DNA of 60,083 bases, filler included, from Nitrospinae bacterium RIFCSPLOWO2_12_FULL_45_22 (GCA_001803565.1; 2 parts of 2 records of this genome joined end to end with filler, not necessarily neighbours in it), one strand, 5' to 3'. Positions 1 through 9,690 are shown, counted from the first letter of the whole stretch. The notes: generated by a model not told the origin, from the letters alone. Program-made: numbers and translations.

Positions 1-1328
1 TGATGGAGCTGGGCAATCCATTGGCAGATGCTGAGCCCCAGCCCTCCTCCATTAGCATCATGGGAGCGGGCCAGGTCTAGCCGATAAAACCGGTCAAAGA
101 TATAGGGGAGGTTTTCTCCTGGTATCCCGATACCAGTATCGGCCACTGTTACCCTGGCCTGGCTATTTACTGGTTCCAGAGAGACAGTTATATTGCCTCC
201 TTCATTAGTATACTTGATGGCATTATCCAGGAGGTTAACAAAGAGCTGCCGTAGTCTAAAGTCATCACCCAGGACAGCAATTCCCTGGGTAATATTGGCA
301 GAGAAGGTTATACCTTTGGTCTCAGCCAGGAGTTCGGCCTGCTCAGATACCTCTTCCATTATCTGATCTAATCTTATAGGTATTAGATTTAAAGTTTCTT
401 GCCCTGAGTCAGCCTTGGCCAGAAGAAAAAGATTATCTACCATCTGGGATAGCCGACAGAGGTCTTGCAGGCTATTTTTAAGAATCTGTTGGTATTCCTC
501 AACTGTCCGCTCCTGGGAAAGGGCAATCTCCAGCCCACACCTGACTGCCGCTAGCGGGCTCCTTATCTCATGAGAGGCATCGGCGGTGAATTGGGTTATT
601 CGCCTAAAGGAAGATTCCAGTCGCTCGAGCATAGAGTTTAGCACCCCTACCAGCCTCCCTATTTCATCCCGCGGATGAGGTGCTGCTAGCCGGAGCTTCA
701 AATCTTCTGCCGTGATCTTTTCCGTCTTACGTGTGATATCAGCAATAGGTTTTAAGGTTTTCCCGGCAATATACCAACCGGCCAGCCCGATAGCTAATAG
801 GATTATAGGTGAGCCTATCAGGAGGCTCAGGCGGAGTTCGTGGATAGAATTTATCATCTCTCCGGTGGATACTGCCATCTGTATCACTGTTTGAATCCCA
901 TTTTTATCTGATATAGGCATTACTATCATCCGATAGGGGCCGATAGCAGGAATGGTATTGTTTGCAAAGAAATCTTGGCCTGAAAAGGCATTCTGGAGGG
1001 TCTCGCGGTTTAAAGGCAAAGTTATTTTTTCATGCTCCAGATTTTCTGACTGGAGTATTACCTTTCCTGATTTATCTATTAACTGGATATATTTGTTTCC
1101 TTTAAACATATCCTGCTCATCCAGGAGCCGGGCAATATAGCTCGTTAGATCTATGTAGTTATAAAATCTCAGGTAATTTGCTAAACCATGGGTTTCTTCG
1201 GTAAGGAAAATATCAACCGCCCGATGAGATATATAGACAAAACCCATATAGAGCAGGATAGAACCGGTGGTAATTACCAAGGAGGTAATGACCGTATGCC
1301 ATAAGCAGATCTTTAGCCGGATAGTCAT
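1..1328 (-). CDS. Heavy-metal-type (CusS/CzcS-like) sensor histidine kinase, 3' end beyond window
   Basis: Manual translation from ATG at 1328 gives MTIRLKICLWHTVITSLVI (TM), H-box QFTADASHEIRSPL, N-box NLLDNAIKY and G-boxes DTGIGI / FDRFYR / GGGLGLSIC. Lies directly downstream of an OmpR-family regulator. Confidence 0.9.
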   Translation of the reverse strand, partial: MTIRLKICLWHTVITSLVITTGSILLYMGFVYISHRAVDIFLTEETHGLANYLRFYNYIDLTSYIARLLDEQDMFKGNKYIQLIDKSGKVILQSENLEHEKITLPLNRETLQNAFSGQDFFANNTIPAIGPYRMIVMPISDKNGIQTVIQMAVSTGEMINSIHELRLSLLIGSPIILLAIGLAGWYIAGKTLKPIADITRKTEKITAEDLKLRLAAPHPRDEIGRLVGVLNSMLERLESSFRRITQFTADASHEIRSPLAAVRCGLEIALSQERTVEEYQQILKNSLQDLCRLSQMVDNLFLLAKADSGQETLNLIPIRLDQIMEEVSEQAELLAETKGITFSANITQGIAVLGDDFRLRQLFVNLLDNAIKYTNEGGNITVSLEPVNSQARVTVADTGIGIPGENLPYIFDRFYRLDLARSHDANGGGLGLSICQWIAQLH

Positions 1329-1337
1329 CTGTAACGC

Positions 1338-2009
1338 TTACTCCTGGAGGATATAGCCTACCCCTTTTATTGTATGGATCAGCTTTTTATCAAAATCCTT
1401 ATCAATTTTGTTTCTTAAACGATTAACCAGGACATCTATGACATTAGAAGTGATATTATCGAAGCTATAATCCCAGACGTGTTCAGAGATAACAGTGCGG
1501 GTAAGGACCTTGCTGGGATTTCGCATAAAGAATTCTAAGAGGGAGAATTCCTTGCTGGTGAGAGATATGGTATTCCCTGCCCTGGTAACCTGGTGAGAGA
1601 TTAAATCCATCTCTAGGTCCCCTACTTTTAGCTTTGTTTGGGGCTCTACCTTGCCCCGGCGCAAGAGGGCCCTGACCCTGGCGCATAGCTCTATAAAAGA
1701 GAAGGGCTTGGTTAGATAATCATCGGCCCCCTGCTCAAAGGCATCTACCTTGCTACTAACGGAATCTTTGGCCGTGAGCATCAAAACCGGTGTCTGGATG
1801 CCCTTTTGTCTAATTTTCTTCAGTACCCTGATGCCATCTATCTTGGGCAGCATAATATCTAAGATGACAAGGTCATATTCCTTAGACTCTAGCATATAAG
1901 CAGCTTCCTCGCCATCAGAAGCCAGATCCACGGCAAACGAATTCTCCTCTAACCCTTTCTTGAGATAGGAAGCGAGCCTCTTCTCATCTTCGGCTACTAA
2001 AATTCTCAT
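1338..2009 (-). CDS. OmpR-family heavy-metal response regulator (CusR/CzcR-like)
   Basis: Receiver MRILVAEDE...LVILDIMLP...GADDYLTKPF; winged helix SNVIDVLVNRLRNKID...IHTIKGVGY. Confidence 0.93.
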   Translation of the reverse strand: MRILVAEDEKRLASYLKKGLEENSFAVDLASDGEEAAYMLESKEYDLVILDIMLPKIDGIRVLKKIRQKGIQTPVLMLTAKDSVSSKVDAFEQGADDYLTKPFSFIELCARVRALLRRGKVEPQTKLKVGDLEMDLISHQVTRAGNTISLTSKEFSLLEFFMRNPSKVLTRTVISEHVWDYSFDNITSNVIDVLVNRLRNKIDKDFDKKLIHTIKGVGYILQE

Positions 2010-2075
2010 ACTACTTACCAGCCAGTTTTTTCCCCTTCCCCAATCCCTTACCAGAACATGCTACCCTTGGAGGAA

Positions 2076-3089
2076 TTAAAATATCTTGGTAATCTCGTCT
2101 CTTTCAAATATGGGCAGGGGAGATGCCCCATCTCTATGCCGCAAGAGAATCTCGCCTCTCTTGGCGGTAATCCGACCAATACTAGCAGCCGGGATATTTT
2201 CCCGGGCAAGGGCAGTCAGGACTAATTCCGCTCCTGGTGGGGGTAAAGTTATGAGCAGTGCCCCGGAAGATATGGTACCTAATGGGTCCAGAGAATATTC
2301 TTTACATAATGCGGCCGATTCAGGGAAGATAGGGATATTATCTGCTTCAATCATTATTCCTACCCGGGCAGCCTGGGCCAGCTCGTGCAAAGCCGTGGCT
2401 AATCCTCCTTCAGTCGGGTCATGCATAGAGGTTACCCGGCCTGCCTGGCAGGCAGTAAGGGCATCTTTTACTACGCTGATCCCTGGGTGGAATAAAAAAT
2501 CCCGGGCCTTTTTTATTTCCTCTGGCGTATAGCCCCGTTGGCGTAAATCATCGGCCTTGGTGCGGGCAATGATAGATGTCCCCTCAATACATATCCCCTT
2601 GGTCAGGATAATAATATCTCCGGGCTTAGCCCCAGCCGTCGTCACCAGGGAGTCTTTGGCTACTTCACCTAGCATATGGCCGGAGATGATAGGCCGGTCT
2701 AAGCCATAAGTAATTTCCGTATGACCACCAACTAAAGCAATATTGAGGGCTTGACAGGCCATAGCTATCTGTCTGAATATCCCCTCTAGCATCTCTTCGG
2801 ACACCCCCTGGTCAGGCAGGAGCAGGGTTGCTAGAAACCACCTGGGGATTGCCCCACAGGTAGCAATATCATTGGCATTGACATTCACGGCATAATACCC
2901 TAAATCCTCAGTTACAAAGGTTATAGGATCAGATTTGACTACCAGATACCGGTCGCCCATATCAATCACTGCGGCATCTTCACCTACCTTTGCCCCTACT
3001 ACTATCCGGGGATCAACCCCGGCATACCGCTCCAGTAGGTTGGCTAAGAGCCCCATTGGTATCTTGCCTACATCAAATTTATGACCCAT
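2076..3089 (-). CDS. AIR synthase-related protein (PurM/HypE/ThiL superfamily)
   Basis: Motifs GEDAAV, KSDPIT, NVNANDIA, GGHTE, MHDPTEGGL. Start placed at MGHKFDVGK; the ORF track extends to 3152. Confidence 0.85.
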   Translation of the reverse strand: MGHKFDVGKIPMGLLANLLERYAGVDPRIVVGAKVGEDAAVIDMGDRYLVVKSDPITFVTEDLGYYAVNVNANDIATCGAIPRWFLATLLLPDQGVSEEMLEGIFRQIAMACQALNIALVGGHTEITYGLDRPIISGHMLGEVAKDSLVTTAGAKPGDIIILTKGICIEGTSIIARTKADDLRQRGYTPEEIKKARDFLFHPGISVVKDALTACQAGRVTSMHDPTEGGLATALHELAQAARVGIMIEADNIPIFPESAALCKEYSLDPLGTISSGALLITLPPPGAELVLTALARENIPAASIGRITAKRGEILLRHRDGASPLPIFERDEITKIF

Positions 3090-3316
3090 TCTACCCATCC
3101 TGTTGAGGTATTTCAATAATTCCATTCTATAGATTGGTAGGTTTTTTTTCAAGGGATAAACTGGGAAAGGAGGATAGGCTACTTTTTAGCAGGATTTATA
3201 TCTATTAAAAGGGGGGGTAATTATTTGCTGTTATTCTGACAAAAAATAGCCGTCCCGAAGAAAAAGTAACCTCTCCCCCTTTTTGTTGGTGGGGAAAGAG
3301 GGAGGGAGCTAGTTAG

Positions 3317-4555
3317 TTACTTAGTGCTTGATTCTGCCAGGAGGTTTTTTTCATCTCCAGCTAATTGCACTCTAATTTCCTCTTTTTTAATGACGCAAGG
3401 TTCATATAGATAAAATATATTAGCATTGGTGCTAACTTCTTCCTTAAGGGATATAGGGAAGAGAAATTCCTCCCTGCGGACCTCCTTGGGCGCTATCCGG
3501 TTATCTTTAATGATTTTGCTGCCTTTAATCAAGATATCACTCTCCTCGGATAATATATTCCTATCTTTGTCTATCACAATCTTTTCATATACCCGGCTGC
3601 TACTAAAGGCTTGATTATTGCCGGTTTTAACCTCTACCAAAAGGGCTAACTTTCGATTAGGCATGCCTGTAGGGATTTTATGGCCGGCACCATGGTTTTC
3701 TATTTCTACCACCATCGTCATTTCTTCTGGTTTCCTTACAATATCCTTAATATTAACTCTTACCGCCTCTTTCAGCATATCTAAAGTATTAACCCCTACA
3801 CAGCACAGAAGGGCTTCTTGTTTTTTTCCTTTTATAAGCTGAGGGTCTTCAAAAGCCAGGGTCCCCTTTCTCTGGGGTATATGGCAATAATGGCATTGTT
3901 TGCCATCAGCGGCATAGGGACTCTCTGTCCATTCAGAAAAGGTGCTCAGAATAGCCAACCCATGCTCGTTTTTATGCTCATGACAACCGGCACAAAAATA
4001 GGAGGTATTGAAGAGGAAGGCATATTGGGTCTCATGGGCAGGCGAGCGAGCATCTTTCAAGGGACCCCATTTGGTCAATCCTAGCTTGATCTCAAAGGGA
4101 TTCTCCTTATTAGTTAGATTCACGTCTTTGACGCTATGGCAAAAATCGCAGGTTACACCCTCTTTGGTGATTTCCTGTTTTAGATCATAATCATTATTAA
4201 TTAATACAGCCGGGGCATGGCACTTCAAGCAATTATATTTTGCTGCACCAGCAGTATTCTTATATACCTCCGCATAAGCCCCATTAAAGACAGGATCTTC
4301 TAAGGACTTAGCATGCATGGATTCTTTCCAGGTGTTATAAATGGATTGATGGCATTTGCCACAGATTTGACTACTGGTAAGAGAATCCTTCTGTAATTTA
4401 GGGATGTGTTGGGCAGTTGTTTTTTTAGTTTTGAGGTCTACGCTCTTTGTTTGGCCATGCTGGGCCTTTAGATTACGCCCCATCAAGATAAATAGAAGAG
4501 TAAGAGCAACTGCTAAGGCCCCCCCCCTATGGATCCAAAAAGGATTATTTTTCAT
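3317..4555 (-). CDS. Periplasmic pentaheme c-type cytochrome (cytochrome c554-like family)
   Basis: N-terminal hydrophobic signal; five CXXCH motifs (CGKCH, CLKCH, CDFCH, CAGCH, CHYCH); conserved GAGHKIPTG; RBS AGGAGG upstream. Confidence 0.88.
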   Translation of the reverse strand: MKNNPFWIHRGGALAVALTLLFILMGRNLKAQHGQTKSVDLKTKKTTAQHIPKLQKDSLTSSQICGKCHQSIYNTWKESMHAKSLEDPVFNGAYAEVYKNTAGAAKYNCLKCHAPAVLINNDYDLKQEITKEGVTCDFCHSVKDVNLTNKENPFEIKLGLTKWGPLKDARSPAHETQYAFLFNTSYFCAGCHEHKNEHGLAILSTFSEWTESPYAADGKQCHYCHIPQRKGTLAFEDPQLIKGKKQEALLCCVGVNTLDMLKEAVRVNIKDIVRKPEEMTMVVEIENHGAGHKIPTGMPNRKLALLVEVKTGNNQAFSSSRVYEKIVIDKDRNILSEESDILIKGSKIIKDNRIAPKEVRREEFLFPISLKEEVSTNANIFYLYEPCVIKKEEIRVQLAGDEKNLLAESSTK

Positions 4556-4683
4556 GGTGTATCCCTCCTCCTATGCTTTGGTCTCCACCTCAAAAAGACC
4601 TGAAGACCAAGATATCCTCTCCCCCATCCTTTTTCCGGGTAGAGTAGACTTTTTATTTGAATCTCTTCCGGTGAGGGGATAAT

Positions 4684-5640
4684 TTATGGTTGGTTTTTGA
4701 TAGTCACTATATCCCCGTCAGTCTTAAATTTTTGTATCGAGAGGAGATAGGCAGTTATATTGCCCATTTCCCTTTCAGAAAGCTTGACCGGGACAAGACC
4801 GCTATTTTTCATCTCTTGCTCCATTTCTGGAAAATGGTTCCACATTAAGCCTGCCACCTGTCCAACTGTCCGGGGAACGCCCTTATTAATCTGGCTGATG
4901 ATAGTAAACTCCGGCCCGGTATTTCCTCCTTTCCCACGGATAGAATGGCATCTTAGGCAAGTATTTTGCCTTATTACCTTTTCCCCTTCTTTTTGATCTC
5001 CAAGGGTAAGATAAACCTTTTCTTTCGGTGGGCTAAGTTTTTGGATATATGCCAGTAAATCGACTAAATCACCACCATTAAACTGTGGCCAGGGAATATT
5101 TGTCCTCTTCATCTCTTTTTTCATCTCCGGGGCATGGTTCCACATCCGGGCAATCCAGGAGACCGGGTTAGCGAACTTAGCCTTTGGTCTCAAATCAGGA
5201 GCAATCTTGTTATGGCACGAATTACAACTCTTCTCGGCTAAGACCTTTTCTCCTTTATCTGGATTACCCGGCCCATCCAAAGTCTGGATAAATTTGAGGA
5301 AAGAGACTAGAGCGGGAACCTCTCCCGGAGAAATCCTAATGGATAAGAGTTTATTATTACCCATCTTTATCCCTTCTTGTATGGCATGCTTCCCGTATTC
5401 AGTTGCCAGCTCTCCAAAAGGGAATCCGCTCAGATTGCTCTCTCCTTTTCCCCCCATATCCCAGATAGGGTGGCAATTTATGCACCCTTTTTCGTAAAAG
5501 ATTTTCCAACCCCGCTTAGGTTCCTCCAGAGTATAGGCATTACCCTCAGACAAAAGGAGTAAAGAGGGGCAAAATATCGATACAATAAGGAGTGAAAAGG
5601 CGATAAATCTTATTCTCTTAAGCTTCTTATCCACTTTCAT
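4684..5640 (-). CDS. Triheme class I c-type cytochrome with MWNHxPEM repeats
   Basis: Signal/TM segment; CINCH, CNSCH and CLRCH each in a cytochrome c domain; RMWNHAPEM and LMWNHFPEM. Start at MKVDKK after AGGAGG. Confidence 0.85.
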   Translation of the reverse strand: MKVDKKLKRIRFIAFSLLIVSIFCPSLLLLSEGNAYTLEEPKRGWKIFYEKGCINCHPIWDMGGKGESNLSGFPFGELATEYGKHAIQEGIKMGNNKLLSIRISPGEVPALVSFLKFIQTLDGPGNPDKGEKVLAEKSCNSCHNKIAPDLRPKAKFANPVSWIARMWNHAPEMKKEMKRTNIPWPQFNGGDLVDLLAYIQKLSPPKEKVYLTLGDQKEGEKVIRQNTCLRCHSIRGKGGNTGPEFTIISQINKGVPRTVGQVAGLMWNHFPEMEQEMKNSGLVPVKLSEREMGNITAYLLSIQKFKTDGDIVTIKNQP

Positions 5641-5660
5641 ATCACCTCCTTTTAAATTTG

Positions 5661-5829
5661 TTGGTATTGTCAAAACTTCACCACAGAGTACACAGAGAAA
5701 TCATTAAATATCAACCTGCCTGTGCCACGGCAGACAGGTAAGTTGTGAGGATTTTGATTTCCTCCCCTCTGTGCTCTCTGTGGCTTTATATTGTTCCCTC
5801 TCTTTTCATAAAACTTTTGACATTACCAA
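5661..5829. repeat. Nested palindromic REP/MITE-like element (three concentric inverted repeats)
   Basis: Outer IR ttggtattgtcaaaa 5661-5675 / ttttgacattaccaa 5815-5829; middle IR ccacagagtacacagag 5681-5697 / ctctgtgctctctgtgg 5767-5783; inner hairpin acctgcctg-tgccacgg-cagacaggt 5714-5739. Confidence 0.75.
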
Positions 5830-5910
5830 TTTGCTAGGACACAGATTTATAAATTTTTTTATCTTTTGCATATTCCGTTGCATCCTGGAAATCCGGTCAA
5901 TAAAGTGGTA

Positions 5911-6879
5911 TTAGTCTATGGCTAGTTCTTTAGCTTTTTTGAATTCCTCAGCCATGGCTGTCAACCCTGCGGCTGTGCCTAGATTCATACTATCAATCGC
6001 TGTTGATGGCACCAGCACTATAGTAGAGTTCCCTTTAAGCCCCTCAAACAGCATATTCATGGCCCTTAAATGCAGGGCAGTAGGGTTATTCACATAGACA
6101 CGGGATGCATCCTCGAAGCTCTTGGCTATCTGTCGTTCTGAATCACCCAGGATTACCCGGGCCTGACGCTCTCTTTCAGCCTGTGCTTGCATAGACATAG
6201 CATCTTGCAGCGCTAGCGGGATAATTACATCCCTTATTTCCACGGCCTCAATCTCGATCCCCCAGGGGATAACCCGGTCATGGATAAGTTTTTTGAGATC
6301 CGTGTCTAGTTGTTCCCTCCCCACTAGCATCTCTGAAAGATCATATTTGCCAATAATGTCTCGCAAGCCTGTCTGGGCTGCCCAACTCACCGCCATCGAA
6401 TAATCCTCTACCTCAAGAGCCGCCTTCATGGGGTCAGTCACCTTCCAGAAAAGTACGGCATCCACATCCACTGGCACATTATCGCGGGTCAAGGTCTCCT
6501 CTGCCCGGAAGATAGTGGTTATCACTCGAAGGTCAATCCAATACGGGATAGAGTCGATTATAGGTATAATAGTAAAGAACCCTGGTCCCTTGGTGCGATG
6601 ATATTTACCAAGCCGCAGGATGATGGCCCTTTCCCATTGATCTGCTATCTTGATCATGCTGGCAGCAATGACGGCTAATATGAGAATCATTATGCCGGGC
6701 AAGATATTTAAGGTGGCAATGGATAGCAAGATGCCTACCAGGAATATTATGCTGGCGATAAGGAAAGATAAGGGATTAAGACCAAATTTTTTCCTTGCCC
6801 GTTTGAGCAGTATCTGTTCCATTAAGGCCCTCTCCCTCTGATCTCCCCGTGCTCCTTCATTGGAAGATATATTAGCCAT
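5911..6879 (-). CDS. SPFH/band 7 (slipin/stomatin-like) membrane protein
   Basis: Two N-terminal TM segments; QWERAIILRLG, TLTRDNVPVDVDAV, AQTGLRDIIG, QAQAERERQA. Confidence 0.92.
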   Translation of the reverse strand: MANISSNEGARGDQRERALMEQILLKRARKKFGLNPLSFLIASIIFLVGILLSIATLNILPGIMILILAVIAASMIKIADQWERAIILRLGKYHRTKGPGFFTIIPIIDSIPYWIDLRVITTIFRAEETLTRDNVPVDVDAVLFWKVTDPMKAALEVEDYSMAVSWAAQTGLRDIIGKYDLSEMLVGREQLDTDLKKLIHDRVIPWGIEIEAVEIRDVIIPLALQDAMSMQAQAERERQARVILGDSERQIAKSFEDASRVYVNNPTALHLRAMNMLFEGLKGNSTIVLVPSTAIDSMNLGTAAGLTAMAEEFKKAKELAID

Positions 6880-8149
6880 ATTCGCTCCCTCCTTCTAAAA
6901 AGTGAAATGATTTATCCTTGGTATTTGTTGCCCAGGGTGGACCTAATCCAGGGATTAGCTTTCGCCCGCGGCACCGTTCACATAGCTGAAGCAATGATAA
7001 TAATAAATCTCTTTCTCCTTCCTGCCCAAGCTTATGAAGGACATAGGCCTGACCGGGTAGAGGTATGATACCTCCACACTCCTGACACCTCCTAAGGGGA
7101 CTCCTCACCAATATCTCCTTGGTGGGCTCCCGGTTATCTCCGGGAGATCCTTTTCTAAGCACCTGCAACGCCTTTTCCGGACAATTTTCAATGCAGACAA
7201 AACATCCAGAGCACCTTGCCGGATAAAAGTTAAGCTGAACTTCCTCTTCCAATAAGGATATCTCTAATGCACCATCCAGGCACTGCAGGGAGCAAATCCC
7301 ACAAAAGGAGCAATCTTCTTTTTTAATATGTAACCAAATTGTCCTCTCCTTACCTGTATGCTCCTGTTTAAGGGGCGGGCACAGAATCCCACCACCATGC
7401 CTTAACGGCATTTTTCCATCCATACCAGGAATTTGGTGGCCTTTTGTTTGGTTGTCTGGAGAGACCTTTTTTTCGCCCAATGCTCCTTCTCCTAATAAAC
7501 TTTTCAAATAGCGCAGATCAGCCTTGATCCATCTTAGAAGGAGCCTTGCCAGAGAGGGATAAAGCGGTTCTGCCGCGTGCTCTTGCAAAGAATCAACAAA
7601 AGAGGGTAGCCACCATAGAATATGGCGGGAGAGAAACTGATATTGTTTTTCCCACCACTTTTCTGGTAAGTCGGCAAAAACTTCCTGCTCACAGAGAAAA
7701 CTCATAAACTCTAACTCGAGGATTAGGTGATCCGGCAAATCGTAGAAAGTTTCAGCTATCTCCAGGCCCTCTCTCCTATAGAGCTTGAGGGCATCTATAG
7801 CGGGCTGAGCCATAACCGACTGGCCTCGGGGATGGATATATGCAGATGCATATGGAGGTATTAAGGGCCTACCGGGGCCATAAAAGAGACGATTATAGGC
7901 TACCTCTAAAGCCAATAGGCCGTGCTCTTTATATCCTTTCTTGAAAGGGCAGAGAATATCTGTGACCTCTTGCAAAATTGATTGGATTTCAACGGGTGGG
8001 GGTTGATCTTCCGAACTACCTGACCAATCTTTACACCATCTGGTAATCTGCTGCAGAAACTCCTCGAGATAGGAATCTCCTTCTGGGCGCGAGAAAGCCC
8101 GGGCCATTAGGACATAACCTCTTTGTCGGATTTCAGCTAATAAGGCCAT
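6872..8149 (-). CDS. TorD/DmsD-family molybdoenzyme chaperone fused to a 4Fe-4S dicluster ferredoxin
   Basis: N-terminal YNRLF, PPYASAY and LPDHLILELEFM (TorD/DmsD motifs). C-terminal CSFCGICSLQC, CSGCFVCIENCP, plus CQEC...CERC. Confidence 0.85.
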   Translation of the reverse strand: MALLAEIRQRGYVLMARAFSRPEGDSYLEEFLQQITRWCKDWSGSSEDQPPPVEIQSILQEVTDILCPFKKGYKEHGLLALEVAYNRLFYGPGRPLIPPYASAYIHPRGQSVMAQPAIDALKLYRREGLEIAETFYDLPDHLILELEFMSFLCEQEVFADLPEKWWEKQYQFLSRHILWWLPSFVDSLQEHAAEPLYPSLARLLLRWIKADLRYLKSLLGEGALGEKKVSPDNQTKGHQIPGMDGKMPLRHGGGILCPPLKQEHTGKERTIWLHIKKEDCSFCGICSLQCLDGALEISLLEEEVQLNFYPARCSGCFVCIENCPEKALQVLRKGSPGDNREPTKEILVRSPLRRCQECGGIIPLPGQAYVLHKLGQEGERDLLLSLLQLCERCRGRKLIPGLGPPWATNTKDKSFHFLEGGSEYG

Positions 8150-9690
8150 CGGTATCTCCTTGCTGATTCACGCTTGGGAAGGATACAGATTTGTAGAGGC
8201 AAGCTCCATAAGGTAATAATACCTAATACCCAGATAGCCGGTGCGGGTGGCGTTTCCCGAGTAATGATCCCAGTAGCTATAAGTCCTACCCCGGCTAGTA
8301 GAGTTAAAGGGATAGTAAAACGTTTTATTAATCCTAAGATGTTTTTTATCCTCTCATAAGGAGAGACATAGTAAGGTAATATTACCGGGCTATGCGTAGC
8401 TACGCGGACTTCTTCGGGCAGCTCTAAGACCGGCAATACTTTAACCAGAACGGTATAAAGGAAGGCACAGAAGATAAAGCTCCCGGCGATCAGACTCCAA
8501 TCGAAAAAAGTAGGCATATATGGGGCGATTTTATAAGGCAGGTGGGGGTGATAGAAAGAGGGTACTACAATAAGATAGCGCCAGATCCACATGGATATAA
8601 AGACCGGGATAGCTGCAAGAACTGTCAGCTTTATGCTGCATATCCGGGGATTGGCGCCCTGGATAAAAAATATCCAAAAAGGTACGACCATTCCCAGGAT
8701 AGTAGCTGGCCAGGTGATCTTGGCAAATCGGCCAAAAAGCACATCATTAAACACTACCCTTTCGGCTGCCGGTGGGGCATAGGTCCCGGTTAGCCACTCA
8801 CTGAATAGAAAATAGAGATATAGCCAGGTGACAAAACCTAGAAATACCCCCAGGCCTTTGAATATCCGCGGATAAAATATCTCTTGCCAGCCAAAGGTCT
8901 GCCGCAGGATAGCCAGGACTATAATGACAAAAGAGAAGCCTGTAACTATTGCCCCTAAGACAAAATAGGGGGCCTGGAAGGGATTAAACCATCCGGGCCT
9001 CCCGGCTTGCATCCCAAAGATATACCCATAGACTGAATGGACTGATACCATTATGGGAAGGATTATGACAGCCAGCCACCAGACCACCCGCTCATGGGTC
9101 TGACGGCTCTGGGGGGTGTCCGAATACCCCAGGGCCAGTAGTTTATATAGCCAGCGCTTATGAGAAGGCAATACCAGGGAGCAGATATATAAATCACGGC
9201 GCATAGCCAGGTATAAGTAAACACTACTACCAATAAGATATGTAGTGATGACAGTCATGGACCAGACAAAGGGGGCATGAAAGCGGCCATGCTTAACCAC
9301 ATTAAAGATAAAGCGATCTGGCCGGCCTACATCCATAGATATATTCAATACTGCTGTGGTTAAGGAAGCAAGGGTAACCAGCTCTGCTATGCGGGCTAAC
9401 TGCTTATATCGCTCTAAGTTTAATATGCGTACTACCGCAGAAATAGCGATCCCGACGTGGCTGATGCCAATAAAATGGACAATATCAGCCACCAGTATCC
9501 CCCAGATAGCACCCTGGGAGCCCTGGCCAGTAAAGTGATGCCCCTCAAAAAATTGGAGCTGAAAATTATAGAAAAGCCAGATTACCCCGGCCAGGAGCAA
9601 TCCAAAAAAGGGATAAAACATCCAACTGGTATAAATTAAGGGACGCAACAATAGTTCTAATTCTCTGTCTTCTATATATCCTCGCGCCAT
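8137..9690 (-). CDS. nrfD: NrfD/PsrC-family integral membrane quinone-interacting subunit (ActC/QrcD-like)
   Basis: About 10-12 hydrophobic helices; IGISHVG, RIAE, DVGRP, VSVHSV, PGW...PYFVLGAI. Confidence 0.9.
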   Translation of the reverse strand: MARGYIEDRELELLLRPLIYTSWMFYPFFGLLLAGVIWLFYNFQLQFFEGHHFTGQGSQGAIWGILVADIVHFIGISHVGIAISAVVRILNLERYKQLARIAELVTLASLTTAVLNISMDVGRPDRFIFNVVKHGRFHAPFVWSMTVITTYLIGSSVYLYLAMRRDLYICSLVLPSHKRWLYKLLALGYSDTPQSRQTHERVVWWLAVIILPIMVSVHSVYGYIFGMQAGRPGWFNPFQAPYFVLGAIVTGFSFVIIVLAILRQTFGWQEIFYPRIFKGLGVFLGFVTWLYLYFLFSEWLTGTYAPPAAERVVFNDVLFGRFAKITWPATILGMVVPFWIFFIQGANPRICSIKLTVLAAIPVFISMWIWRYLIVVPSFYHPHLPYKIAPYMPTFFDWSLIAGSFIFCAFLYTVLVKVLPVLELPEEVRVATHSPVILPYYVSPYERIKNILGLIKRFTIPLTLLAGVGLIATGIITRETPPAPAIWVLGIITLWSLPLQICILPKRESARRYRWPY

